Shown one piece after another: positions 10,014 through 19,572 of a stretch of DNA of 64,000 nt. Under the pieces are notes generated by a model. It was given only the letters and a program-made list of their open reading frames with translations. It ran no database searches and was not told the DNA's origin. The stretch's first letter is position 1; each line of letters opens with the position of its first letter. A program made the translations under genes and the position numbers. Source of the stretch: an uncultured candidate division Zixibacteria bacterium (GTDB lineage Bacteria > Zixibacteria > MSB-5A5 > GN15 > FEB-12); contig CAVTJJ010000003.1 in NCBI GenBank assembly GCA_963735035.1, positions 288,001-352,000 of the forward strand, read 5' to 3'.

Positions 10014-10046
10014 CCTTTGGTGACCTCTCTGGATCACCTTAAAAGG
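10014..10046 (-). promoter_or_regulatory. PyrR-binding stem-loop in the pyrRBC leader
   Basis: Minus strand CCUUUUAA-GGUGAUCCAGAGAGGUCACC-AAAGG matches the PyrR binding-loop pattern (U-rich + AA internal motif, UCCNGNGAGG loop), about 100 nt upstream of pyrR. Confidence 0.85.
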
Positions 10047-10157
10047 TCGGATCGATCCGGCCAAGGCCGGAAGTCGGCGTGAGTATAAGCGATCCCTCGA
10101 CGCTGTCAAGCGGCCGAAACAATTTTGTTTAGATATGTGAAAAGAAATTGCCGGGGC

Positions 10158-11651
10158 TCAGCCCTCTGAGAGCATGCTCGAAAGGCGGGGGTCGCCGAAA
10201 AGCTCGGCTACGGACAGCGGCAATAATTCCCCGCGACGAGTGAGATACAGTACCCGATCGCACACCTGGCGGATCACGTCGCCGTCGTGGCTGATAACCA
10301 ACTGACCCAGATTCATGGACTTGAGAGAGTGCGACAGGGCCATGAACCGGCCGACCCCTTCACCGTCGAGACCGGCGGTGGGTTCATCGAAAATGATGAT
10401 CGACGGCTCCATAGCCAGAACGGCGGCAAAGGCCAGGCGGCGCTTTTCACCAGCCGAAAGCGAGAAGGGATCACGGTCGGCGTAGCGTGCAGGGTGCAAG
10501 CCGACTAGTTCGAGAAATTCACCGATTTCATCGGGGGTGAGCTTGCGGCCGAGGTTCTCCGGGCCAAAGCCTACTTCGTGGGCGCACGTTTCGAGAAAGA
10601 ACTGCCGCTCCGGCTGCTGCAGAACCAGGGCCAACTCACCGCGAATATCTTTCAATTTGAGCGGCTGGCCGGTTTTGTTGAGATAGACGATTTCCCCTTT
10701 CGATGGAGCCGCCAGTCCGGCCATTAGCAGACCGATCGTGCTCTTCCCCGCTCCAGTAGGACCGATCAGGCCGACCGTCTCCCCCGCCTTGAGCTCAGCC
10801 GATAGCCTCTCGAAGACCACAGGCGACATCGGCCAGTTGAAAGTGACATCGTTCATCTTTGCCGCGTCCAATGAGGAGGACTTGTCACCCGCACTCTTGG
10901 CTCGCTTGGGTATTCGAACCTGCATTGCCGATGTATCCGGCACGGTCAAACCGGCCAGGGTACAGAGGCGACTGTCACTAAGCAGCGCAGTCGGGGCGCC
11001 ATCGGCGACAACCGTACCGGAATCGAGAACCACAAGACGAGAATACTGCCGTGCCACCTGGGCGCTCTGGGTAATGCGAATCTCGATCAGGCGACGGTCT
11101 TCTTTATGGAGTCGTTCGAGCTCTGCTGACAGAATCAATCGCCCGGCCTGATCGAGAAACGAGTCGGGTTCATCAAGAAGCAGCACCGCCGGTTGCTGTA
11201 CCATCACCGACGCCAGCGCCACGCGTTGCTTTTCTCCACCGGACAGGTCGGATGTGAGGCGTTGACACAGGTGCTCGATGCCAAACTGTTTAGCGGCCTT
11301 GGATACCTCGGCTTCCATCTCGGCCTGGGGCATCGCCCGATTTTCAAGCGCGAAGGCGATCTCTTTCTCCACCAGCGTGGCCACTATCTGGTTGTCTGGA
11401 TTTTGAAAGAGAATGCCCACGCGGGTATCGGGGGTGCCGTCATGAGTATGGCCGTCGACAGTGATTTTTCCCCGGCCGGGTTTGATCAACCCGGCAATCA
11501 GTTTGACGAGGGTCGACTTGCCCGACCCGTTGCGCCCCATAACACACAGTGATTCACCGTCGCGCAGGCGCAGGGTGACGTCGTGTAAGGCCGCCTCCGT
11601 ACGGCGCGGGTACCAGTAGCTGATGTGGTCGAGGTCTATCATAGGATCCAT
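10158..11651 (-). CDS. Duplicated ABC ATPase of the ECF-transporter type (EcfA-EcfA' fusion)
   Basis: Two Walker A motifs (GRNGSGKST, GPTGAGKST), FQNPDNQ and LQQPERQ Q-loops, LSGGEKQR and LSAGEKRR signatures. Confidence 0.88.
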   Translation of the reverse strand: MDPMIDLDHISYWYPRRTEAALHDVTLRLRDGESLCVMGRNGSGKSTLVKLIAGLIKPGRGKITVDGHTHDGTPDTRVGILFQNPDNQIVATLVEKEIAFALENRAMPQAEMEAEVSKAAKQFGIEHLCQRLTSDLSGGEKQRVALASVMVQQPAVLLLDEPDSFLDQAGRLILSAELERLHKEDRRLIEIRITQSAQVARQYSRLVVLDSGTVVADGAPTALLSDSRLCTLAGLTVPDTSAMQVRIPKRAKSAGDKSSSLDAAKMNDVTFNWPMSPVVFERLSAELKAGETVGLIGPTGAGKSTIGLLMAGLAAPSKGEIVYLNKTGQPLKLKDIRGELALVLQQPERQFFLETCAHEVGFGPENLGRKLTPDEIGEFLELVGLHPARYADRDPFSLSAGEKRRLAFAAVLAMEPSIIIFDEPTAGLDGEGVGRFMALSHSLKSMNLGQLVISHDGDVIRQVCDRVLYLTRRGELLPLSVAELFGDPRLSSMLSEG

Positions 11652-11660
11652 TAACAGGTT

Positions 11661-11768
11661 GTGTCAGTTCCTGCGATCCGCCTTTGGCGGATCGCAGGAA
11701 CTGACACACTCGGCGTCAGGTCACACCACAAAATCGCTGAAAGCGATTTCGTGGCAGGACCTGACGCA
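11661..11768. repeat. Two long palindromes (GTCAG...CTGAC family E); the first has an inner CCGCC-TTT-GGCGG
   Basis: gtgtcagttcctgcgatccgcctttggcggatcgcaggaactgacac; gcgtcaggtc...gacctgacgc (related to 19507-19553). Confidence 0.8.
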
Positions 11769-11786
11769 ACCATTAGTCAATCACTC

Positions 11787-11824
11787 ATAAAGAGAGCCGG
11801 CGTCTAAGTAAGAGACGCCGGCTC
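11787..11824 (-). terminator. Probable intrinsic terminator after gcvPB
   Basis: GAGCCGGCGTCT/AGACGCCGGCTC stem followed by TCTTTAT on the minus strand. Confidence 0.6.
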
Positions 11825-11844
11825 AATTTGGCAAGTCGGATAAC

Positions 11845-13308
11845 TTACGCTATGTAATTCACGTCCAGATTGCGGACCGCCAGAGTCTCGTCCAGCCGCC
11901 TGACCGGCGTGTTGTGAGGGGCCGACGTCACAATATTAGGATCGGTTTCCGCCTCACGGGCGATTCGGATCATAATCTCGGCGAAAGCTTCGAGCGTCTC
12001 GATAGTCTCCGTCTCGGTCGGCTCGATCATCAAAGCCTCGTGGACGATCAACGGGAAATAGTTGGTCGGGGCGTGGACGCCGAAATCGAGTAGCCGTTTG
12101 GAAATGTCGGAAGTCTTGACGCCGAGCTTCTTCTGCCGATCACCCGACAGCACAAACTCGTGCATGCAGTGGCGATCGTACGGCAGGTCGAAATCCTTCT
12201 TGAGCAGCTCTTTCAGGTAGTTGGCATTGAGCACGGCGTTTTCAGATGCTTCGCGCAATCCTTTGCCACCCAGGTTACGGATGTAAGCGTAGGCCCGGAC
12301 CATATTGGCGAAATTGCCGTAGAACGTGTGCAGGCGACCGATTGACTTCGGACGGTCGTAATTGAAAAACAGCTTACCGCCGTCACCCTTCTCCAACACT
12401 GGGAAGGGAAGGAACTTTTCGAGTTCCTTAGTAACACCAACTGCGCCCGCGCCCGGCCCGCCGCCGCCGTGCGGGGTCGAGAAGGTCTTGTGCAGGTTGA
12501 AGTGCATGATGTCGAAACCGACATCGCCGGGACGGAAAATACCCATGTTGGCGTTCAGGTTGGCGCCGTCCATATAGAGCAGGCCGCCGGCCTTGTGCAC
12601 TACCCGGGCGATTTCCTCGATATTGCTTTCGAACAGCCCCAGCGTATTCGGATTGGTCATCATCATGCCGGCGACTTCGTCGTCGAGCGCCGCCGCGACC
12701 GCTTCGGGAGAAATAATACCCCGCTCGTTCGATTTGATCTCGACCGTCGTGAAACCGATCGAAGTCACCGACGCCGGGTTGGTACCGTGGGCCGAATCCG
12801 GGATAATGATCTTATGCCGCTTGTTGCCTTTGTCCAGATGGTAGGCGCGCATAATCAACAGACCGGTGAACTCACCGTGAGCGCCGGCTACCGGCTGGAG
12901 CGAAATTGCCGGGAAACCGGAAACTTCGCGCAGGAAACCGATCAATTCCCACATCAACTGCAGACTACCCGTCGACCGACTACACGGAGTGAGTGGGTGA
13001 TGCTCCTGAAAACCACGAAGCGACGCGGCCACGTCGTTCATCTTGGGGTTGTACTTCATCGTACACGATCCCAGCGGGTAAAAGCCCTTGTCGATGTGGT
13101 GGTTCTTGGTCGACAGATTGACAAAGTGACGGACCACTTCCGGCTCAGCCACTTCGGGCAGAGCGGCGTCTTGGGAACGCCTAAACCGCTCCGGTATGGT
13201 CTTCAAGATGTCAGCTTCGTTGTGTTTGGTCGCGGGAAGGGTGTACCCCTTGCGGCCCGACTGGGATTTCTCGTATATCAGAATCTTTTCTTCCACGGCT
13301 CTATCCAA
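11845..13308 (-). CDS. gcvPB: Glycine dehydrogenase (decarboxylating) subunit 2
   Basis: YPLGSCTMKYNPK, SAHGTNPAS, PLP-lysine motif NLHKTFSTPHGGGGPG, EPTETE. Confidence 0.97.
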   Translation of the reverse strand: MDRAVEEKILIYEKSQSGRKGYTLPATKHNEADILKTIPERFRRSQDAALPEVAEPEVVRHFVNLSTKNHHIDKGFYPLGSCTMKYNPKMNDVAASLRGFQEHHPLTPCSRSTGSLQLMWELIGFLREVSGFPAISLQPVAGAHGEFTGLLIMRAYHLDKGNKRHKIIIPDSAHGTNPASVTSIGFTTVEIKSNERGIISPEAVAAALDDEVAGMMMTNPNTLGLFESNIEEIARVVHKAGGLLYMDGANLNANMGIFRPGDVGFDIMHFNLHKTFSTPHGGGGPGAGAVGVTKELEKFLPFPVLEKGDGGKLFFNYDRPKSIGRLHTFYGNFANMVRAYAYIRNLGGKGLREASENAVLNANYLKELLKKDFDLPYDRHCMHEFVLSGDRQKKLGVKTSDISKRLLDFGVHAPTNYFPLIVHEALMIEPTETETIETLEAFAEIMIRIAREAETDPNIVTSAPHNTPVRRLDETLAVRNLDVNYIA

Positions 13309-13326
13309 AATAGTTTCGACTCAGCC

Positions 13327-14205
13327 TTACTTCTTGTCGCCGGCGGGAGTCGGGTTCTTCAATTTCTTTATCTGTCCTTCAGCGTAATCCTTGTCCTCGG
13401 AGTCAGGGTAACGCTGAATGTATGATTCGAATATCGATATGGCCTGGGCGGTGTCGCCCTTCTTGACGTTCACAATCGCCTGCATCAGCAAGGCATCGCG
13501 ACCGTGAAACGTCGTAAACTCTTGCTCGATCTTCTTGTAAGCGTCGATAGCTTCGTCATATTTCTTGTCGCGACGGAGAAAATCGGCAAAGGCTATCCGT
13601 GCTTCGCCCGAGAGCGAATCGTGCAGATCGCCGGTCTCGATCACTTTGGTGTACCAGTTCTGAGCATCTGTCGCCTGACCGCGATACTTGTACTTGTCCG
13701 CAATCTGAAGATCGAGAGACCGGTCGGTAGCGGCGCTCGCCTTAGCAAGCATGTCGTTCAGAGTGCCGATACCCTTGGAAAAATCTTCGAATGTCTTGAG
13801 ATATTCCTGCGTCGGCTCATACCCTACCAGGCGGTCAACTTCCACACCGCTCTTGTTTACCAGCATTGACGTCGGAAATGCCTTGGCATAGTAACGCGCA
13901 GCGACTGCCGAATCCTTTTCGGGATTTACTCTGGCCAGAATCATCTGATTGGAGAAGAACTTGATTGTAGTATCATTTATGAACACGACCGTGTCCAGCG
14001 TCTTGCACCACGTTCACCAATCGGTGTAGAATTCGATCACCACGAATTGGCTGTCTTTAGCCGCTTTCAAGGCATCGTCGATCTGAGAGTAGTACGGCAC
14101 GTAGCCGGGCTTGGTGACCAGTGAAGTCGACGGCGTTTCGCCGGCGAGGCAAACCGTCGCAACCACTGACGTCAGCAGCAGAGTCGCAAAAATCAGAAGA
14201 CGCAT
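13327..14205 (-). CDS. Exported thioredoxin-fold + TPR selenoprotein (UxxC; Sec at TGA 14014-14016)
   Basis: ORFs 14014..14271 and 13327..13986 are in frame: ...VIEFYTDW-TGA-TWCKTLDTVVF...; AGGAAGGA RBS and a signal peptide at ATG 14205; AFPT cis-Pro loop; C-terminal TPR-like helices; SECIS-like hairpin after TGA. Confidence 0.82.
13980..13997 (-). promoter_or_regulatory. Candidate bacterial SECIS hairpin
   Basis: UGGACAC-GGUC-GUGUUCA: 7-bp stem with a G-starting 4-nt loop, 23 nt after the UGA. Confidence 0.6.
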
Positions 14206-14236
14206 CTCGGTTCCTTCCTGTAACCTTCGTAATTTC

Positions 14237-14623
14237 CTACTGTTTGGGGGCGTCGATCGCCTCGAAATCATCGCCGAGCACGGCCGACAGGAGTAGTTCG
14301 ACTTCCTGCCGGAACTCGCGCGGCACCATCAAATAATGTTTGTCGCCCCGGGAGGGTTTGGCGCCGGAAATCCAACCGACCCCGTTGGGCAGCGGTTGAA
14401 AAGCCGAGGACATAACGATCGAGGGGATATTGTTCGATTCCAGGAGCCCGCGCACGAGTTGCGAAGTAAGGTCTTTCTCTATCTGGCAGACTCTAATCCA
14501 GCTATCGTCCGGCGAAACCGCCGCTGCACCGGCGGGCATCTGGTCTACCAGACCGACCTTGCACTCGGGGCATATCACCATCGAAGTATCATATTCAAAT
14601 GAGCATTCAGGACAATAAGGCAT
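14237..14623 (-). CDS. Zinc-ribbon + DUF2007 (putative signal-transducing) protein
   Basis: CPEC...CPEC knuckle; LVRGLLESNNIPS and LMVPREF match the DUF2007 pattern. Confidence 0.75.
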   Translation of the reverse strand: MPYCPECSFEYDTSMVICPECKVGLVDQMPAGAAAVSPDDSWIRVCQIEKDLTSQLVRGLLESNNIPSIVMSSAFQPLPNGVGWISGAKPSRGDKHYLMVPREFRQEVELLLSAVLGDDFEAIDAPKQ

Positions 14624-14989
14624 CTAAGACTCTTTCACGTTGCGTTGCCATTTGTCGCCCAGCACCATATCAAGAACGCCGGTGGCCTCTTCCACGCACT
14701 CTTCGGGCGTAGAGACTTCAAACAACTGCGATCCGGCTTTGTAAAACCCAGTCAGCGTCAGACCGGCCTGTCCGAAAAACCCGGACTTGGAGATCACGAC
14801 CGCCGGGATTTCGTACGATTTCAGAACTTCCCGGGCGTAGTCGGCCGAGATGTTGTCGGCTATGAAACCGAGCAGCACCCAGGGACTTTCCGATTGCTCC
14901 GCCTCGGACTTGCCGAGTTCGCGCGAGCAGACCGGACACTCGGTCACGCCGTCCTCCCATTCGGTTTTACACACCGGACAAAACGCCAC
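14624..14989 (-). CDS. Zinc-ribbon + DUF2007-like protein
   Basis: CPVC...CPVC; AREVLKSYEIPAV; GTG start overlaps the gcvPA 3' end. Confidence 0.72.
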   Translation of the reverse strand: MAFCPVCKTEWEDGVTECPVCSRELGKSEAEQSESPWVLLGFIADNISADYAREVLKSYEIPAVVISKSGFFGQAGLTLTGFYKAGSQLFEVSTPEECVEEATGVLDMVLGDKWQRNVKES

Positions 14990-16322
14990 GGGCTGACAAC
15001 TCCTTCAATCCGCCGACCAGGGCGGCGATATCGGCGTCGGTACGTTTCTCGGTGAGCGCCACGATCAGGCAGTTCTTCATCGAGGGATACCATCGACCGG
15101 CATCTACTCCCGGCAGGACGCCTCTTTCCATCATGTGTATGACCACATCGCTCGCCGGCACCGGGGTTTTCACCGCGAACTCGCGAACAAACGGGCCACG
15201 GAAATACATTTCGAATCCGCTGAGCGCGGCAATCTGCGTCGCAGCGTTCTGGGCTTTCTCAGCCGAAATCAGCGCCACCTGCTTGAGGCCGGTTTTGCCC
15301 ATCAGGCTGAAATAGATCGACGCCATCGTGGCGCACAGCGCTTCATTGGAGCATATATTAGACGTCGCCTTCTGACGGCGGATGTGCTGCTCCCGGGTCT
15401 GGAGGGTGAGCACGAATCCGTTCTTGCCATCGACATCTTTGGTGCGTGCCGCGATTCGACCCGGCATGCTTCGAACCAAATCTTTCTTTACCGAGAAGAA
15501 ACCAAGCAGCGGACCGCCGAACGAGAGCGGAATGCCCAAAGGCTGGCCTTCGCCCAAGGCTATATCGGCACCGATTTCGCCTGGAGTCTTAAGAAGGGAC
15601 TGGACGATCGGATCGACCACCATCACGAGCTTGCCGCCCGCCTGATGAATGACCTCACCCATCCGTTCCACTTCTTCGAGTTGTCCGAAGAAGTTTGGCT
15701 GAGCCACGATGACACAGGCGGTCCGATTGTCAACCGCGGCCGTAAGCTTCTTGAGATCGGTGACGCCATCAGTCAATGGCACCGTCACGATTTCGACTTC
15801 GCGCGGTGTGACGTAGGTTGCGATGACTTCTCGAATAAGCGGGCTGACCGTCTCGCAGACCACGATCTTGTTTCGGTCGGTGACTGAGACACAGATAAGC
15901 GCCGCCTCGCCGGCCGCCGTGGCGCCGTCGTACATTGACGCGTTGGCGACATCGAGACCGGTCAGACGACAGATGTGGGTCTGGTATTCGTAAATGGCCT
16001 GCAGTGTTCCTTGAGCGACTTCAGCCTGATAAGGTGTGTATGCCGTGACAAATTCCGGCCGGGAAGCCAGTGCGGTCAGCGCCGACGGCACAAAGTGATC
16101 GTAGACACCACCGCCCGCAAAACAAACCGAACCCTGACGGTTCATCAGCGAGAGGCGCTCGATCTCGGCCAGCACTTCCATTTCGGAAAGCGCAGGAATG
16201 TTGAGCGGCCGGTTCAGTCGCAGCTTATGGGGGATATCCTGCAGAATATCTTCAATCGTGCCGACCCCGATCTTCTGAAGCATCTTCTTTCGGTCGGCAT
16301 CGGTGTTGGACAAGTAAGACAT
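14967..16322 (-). CDS. gcvPA: Glycine dehydrogenase (decarboxylating) subunit 1
   Basis: TAYTPYQAEVAQG, NASMYDGA, LQTREQHIRRQKATSNIC. Confidence 0.97.
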   Translation of the reverse strand: MSYLSNTDADRKKMLQKIGVGTIEDILQDIPHKLRLNRPLNIPALSEMEVLAEIERLSLMNRQGSVCFAGGGVYDHFVPSALTALASRPEFVTAYTPYQAEVAQGTLQAIYEYQTHICRLTGLDVANASMYDGATAAGEAALICVSVTDRNKIVVCETVSPLIREVIATYVTPREVEIVTVPLTDGVTDLKKLTAAVDNRTACVIVAQPNFFGQLEEVERMGEVIHQAGGKLVMVVDPIVQSLLKTPGEIGADIALGEGQPLGIPLSFGGPLLGFFSVKKDLVRSMPGRIAARTKDVDGKNGFVLTLQTREQHIRRQKATSNICSNEALCATMASIYFSLMGKTGLKQVALISAEKAQNAATQIAALSGFEMYFRGPFVREFAVKTPVPASDVVIHMMERGVLPGVDAGRWYPSMKNCLIVALTEKRTDADIAALVGGLKELSARGVLSGV

Positions 16323-16361
16323 GTGAAACCTGTGAGCAAGTCCCTCAAAGGGACCGTATTG

Positions 16362-16742
16362 TTAGTGTGACAACAGGTGGGTGTAACCCTCGGCATCGAG
16401 CAGTTGATCTACCTCGGAATGGTCTTCCATCTCGACCTTGATGATCCATCCTTCGCCGTAACAATCCCGATTGACCATCATCGGATCGTCACCCAGCGCG
16501 GTGTTTACTTCGACTACCTTGCCGGTAACGGGCGAATAGACTTCGGAGACCGCTTTGACGGCTTCGATGGTGCCGAAAGCTTCGCCGAGTCTGACTTCGG
16601 TGCCGACTTTGGGCAGCTCGACAAACACCACATCACCCAATTCACCCTGAGCATAGTCGGTAACGCCGACGGTAGCCAAAGGACCTTCAACTCCAACCCA
16701 CTCGTGTTCCGTAGTGTACCTAAGATCTGCTGGAACGTTCAC
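16362..16742 (-). CDS. gcvH: Glycine cleavage system H protein
   Basis: YTTEHEW, LGDVVFVELP, lipoyl-lysine motif IEAVKAVSE. Confidence 0.96.
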   Translation of the reverse strand: MNVPADLRYTTEHEWVGVEGPLATVGVTDYAQGELGDVVFVELPKVGTEVRLGEAFGTIEAVKAVSEVYSPVTGKVVEVNTALGDDPMMVNRDCYGEGWIIKVEMEDHSEVDQLLDAEGYTHLLSH

Positions 16743-16756
16743 TCAAAACCTCCGGA

Positions 16757-18220
16757 TTAGTGCGAATCTGCATCAGCGACTGTCACTGTGGCCGGTTCGG
16801 TGGTGGTCGGAGTCTCCGACGTATCACCTTCACCCGGTCGCTTAAGCGTTATTGAATTTTTTTTTTGATCGTCCCGCCCCTGGCGGAATTTAGTCTCTAT
16901 GAACGAAGTATCGTAGTTGCCTGCAATGAAATCGGGATGCGCGAATATCTCCTGGTGGAACTGGATCGTGGTCGGCACACCCTGAATGACCAATTGATCG
17001 AGCGAAACACGCATCTTGGCTATAGCCTGCTCGCGGGTGCGGGCCCGAACGATCAGCTTGGCGATCATCGAATCATAATACGGCGGAATCACATAGTCGG
17101 CATAGACGGCCTTGTCAATACGAACTCCCGGGCCGCCCGGAAGGTGGATAGCCTCGATCTTGCCCGGCGTCGGACGAAAATCTTTCTCGACATCCTCGGC
17201 GTTGATCCGGCACTCCATCGCGACCCACTTGGGCTTGATGTCTTCCTGGCGATAAGTCAGTTTCTCGCCCAGGGCGACTTTAATCTGATCCTGAACCAGG
17301 TCCACTTCGAACGCTTCCTCGGTAATCGGATGTTCCACCTGGATACGGGTATTCATTTCCATAAAATAGAAATTGCGCTGCTCATCGACCAGGAACTCGA
17401 TCGTCCCGGCGCCCCGATACTCGACATTACGAGCGCCCATCACCGCCGCGGCTCCCATCCGGGCCCGCAGATCGTCGGTCATAATAGGCGACGGCGTCTC
17501 TTCAATCAGTTTCTGATGACGGCGCTGGATAGAACAATCGCGCTCGCCAAAATGGAAGTAGTTCCCGTGGGTGTCGCCAAGAAGCTGAAACTCGACATGG
17601 TGCGGGTTGACTATAACTTTTTCGAGATAGAGATCAGGGTTTGAGAAGGCGTTGGCGGCTTCGGTCGAAGCAATATGAAAGCCGCGCTCCAACTCGGCCG
17701 CGTCGCGACAAATTCTCATCCCCTTGCCGCCGCCACCAGCGACCGCCTTGAGGATGACCGGGTATCCGACCTGTTCGGCTATCTCGCGTGCATCCAAATA
17801 AGACGCGACGATACCTTCCGAACCGGGAATCACCGGCACCCCGGCAGCCTTCATGAGCGCCTTGGCCGAGGCCTTGTCGCCCATCTGACGAATTTGTTTG
17901 GGAGTCGGACCGATGAAGTTGATGCCACACGATTCGCAGACTTCTGCGAAATCGGCGTTCTCAGCCAGGAAACCATAACCGGGATGAATCGCACCCGCAT
18001 TGGTGACTTCGGCCGCAGCGATGATCCGCTTGAAATCCAGGTATGACTGAGCAGCCGGCGGCGGACCGATACAGACGTCTTCATCGGCAAACCGCACATG
18101 CAGAGCATTACGGTCGGCTTCGGAATAGACCGCAACCGTCTTGAGGCCCAGCTCCTGGCAGGCACGAATTACGCGAAGGGCGATTTCGCCCCGATTAGCA
18201 ATCAGAACCTTATCAAACAA
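16757..18220 (-). CDS. accC: Acetyl-CoA carboxylase biotin carboxylase subunit
   Basis: [55 protein letters not shown]. Confidence 0.95.
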   Translation of the reverse strand: MFDKVLIANRGEIALRVIRACQELGLKTVAVYSEADRNALHVRFADEDVCIGPPPAAQSYLDFKRIIAAAEVTNAGAIHPGYGFLAENADFAEVCESCGINFIGPTPKQIRQMGDKASAKALMKAAGVPVIPGSEGIVASYLDAREIAEQVGYPVILKAVAGGGGKGMRICRDAAELERGFHIASTEAANAFSNPDLYLEKVIVNPHHVEFQLLGDTHGNYFHFGERDCSIQRRHQKLIEETPSPIMTDDLRARMGAAAVMGARNVEYRGAGTIEFLVDEQRNFYFMEMNTRIQVEHPITEEAFEVDLVQDQIKVALGEKLTYRQEDIKPKWVAMECRINAEDVEKDFRPTPGKIEAIHLPGGPGVRIDKAVYADYVIPPYYDSMIAKLIVRARTREQAIAKMRVSLDQLVIQGVPTTIQFHQEIFAHPDFIAGNYDTSFIETKFRQGRDDQKKNSITLKRPGEGDTSETPTTTEPATVTVADADSH

Positions 18221-18407
18221 AACGACTCCTTAGCCGGAAACGACCGTCTAAAGCCGATGTCACCGGCAAAACAGACTGTAAGAATACGGCAAACCTTCGG
18301 GGTTGACAAGGGGCAAGTTAGCCACCGACAACGCTGAACGCAACCTGCACGGGCACAATGTCATGCAGGTGAAGAATGAAACGAAAACCGGCCCTCAGGA
18401 AGAACCG

Positions 18408-18803
18408 TCAGTCAGCTTTGCCCGGCTGGTCTGATCCTTTATCCCCTTTGAACTTGTCTTTGATCTGGGCGATTTTCGACGCCACCCCCGGAATGGCTTC
18501 GACCAGGCTTTCCCAGTTACCTTTCTTGGCCGGAAGCAGGCTGATCCCGTCCTTGTCCATAATGATGAACGCGGCCGGTTCAATGGAAACCCCGCCGCCA
18601 CCACCACCGCCAAATCCGGAACCTTTCTGTTCGTACTCACCCTGACCGCCACCGGCACCAAAACCGACCGTCATCTTGATGATCGGAATGACGGTCTTGT
18701 CGCCAACCGTAATCGGAGCACCGACTATCGATTCCGTCCGGGCCATGTTCTTCAGCTCGCCGACGACGCTGTGAAGAATTTCAACCACATTATTGTCTGA
18801 CAT
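18408..18803 (-). CDS. GerW/YtfJ family protein
   Basis: IVGAPITVGDKTVIP, GFGAGGG...GGGGGGVSIEPAAF; start at ATG 18803 with AAGGAG RBS. Confidence 0.85.
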   Translation of the reverse strand: MSDNNVVEILHSVVGELKNMARTESIVGAPITVGDKTVIPIIKMTVGFGAGGGQGEYEQKGSGFGGGGGGGVSIEPAAFIIMDKDGISLLPAKKGNWESLVEAIPGVASKIAQIKDKFKGDKGSDQPGKAD

Positions 18804-19446
18804 CGCGAACTCCTTCTTTTTCACCTATTGATAACCTGATGATTTTCCTGATGGGAAGACGCCACATGAACAGCGCCATTAGCCAAACCAAACGGTAGAC
18901 CGGCCAGGCTATCGAGACTCGGGCCGAACCGGAAAATGAGCGACCGGTCCAGTTCGGTACGATCGAGACGCGTCCGAATAGAGCGGGCGCCATAGCAGCC
19001 ACCGCGTGATAATATCCAAAAACTTGCCCTGTAACATCGGGCGTATCGAAGCCGAATTCAATTTCCGCTTCAGCTTCTTCGACTATCGTAGACTTCAAAA
19101 CGCCCACCGCCAGCCGCCAGCACGCCGAAAGGCTCTCGGGGATAATCGCTATGATCGAGCCGAGGGAACGACGCCGTTTCGACGGGGATGGTACTTCTTC
19201 GACTTCGGCCGTGGGGACTTTGGTCTGTTGGGTGGTTGTCCGGCCCTTTTCAAGGCGAAATCGTTTTAGATTCATCCCGAACAGACGAATGACACCTTCA
19301 CTATGTACAAAATCGAATTCCGGGCCGGAGCGTCCCAGGCCGACAAAGAGAATTTTGCGCTCGCGTGAAATCTCCAGACGCAGACGGACTCGTACTAGCA
19401 ACGTCGCAATGATAAGAATGAGAATCGCCGCCAGAATGTAGATCAT
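18790..19446 (-). CDS. DUF2953 (YtfI-like) domain protein
   Basis: N-terminal TM anchor; FGFDTPDVTGQVFG motif; adjacent to ytfJ-like gene, a common pairing. Confidence 0.75.
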   Translation of the reverse strand: MIYILAAILILIIATLLVRVRLRLEISRERKILFVGLGRSGPEFDFVHSEGVIRLFGMNLKRFRLEKGRTTTQQTKVPTAEVEEVPSPSKRRRSLGSIIAIIPESLSACWRLAVGVLKSTIVEEAEAEIEFGFDTPDVTGQVFGYYHAVAAMAPALFGRVSIVPNWTGRSFSGSARVSIAWPVYRLVWLMALFMWRLPIRKIIRLSIGEKEGVRDVRQ

Positions 19447-19506
19447 ATCCTAGATTATATACTCTTGGTGGAGCGGTAAGTTGCCAGTATTGACAGACCC
19501 GGTCCA

Positions 19507-19553
19507 TGCGTCAGGTCACAACCCCGACCAAGTCGGGGTCAGGACCTGACGCA
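19507..19553. repeat. Family E palindrome with nested CCCCGA-N5-TCGGGG
   Basis: tgcgtcaggtc acaa ccccgaccaagtcgggg tcag gacctgacgca. Confidence 0.75.
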
Positions 19554-19572
19554 ACCCCAGCGCCCACGACTT

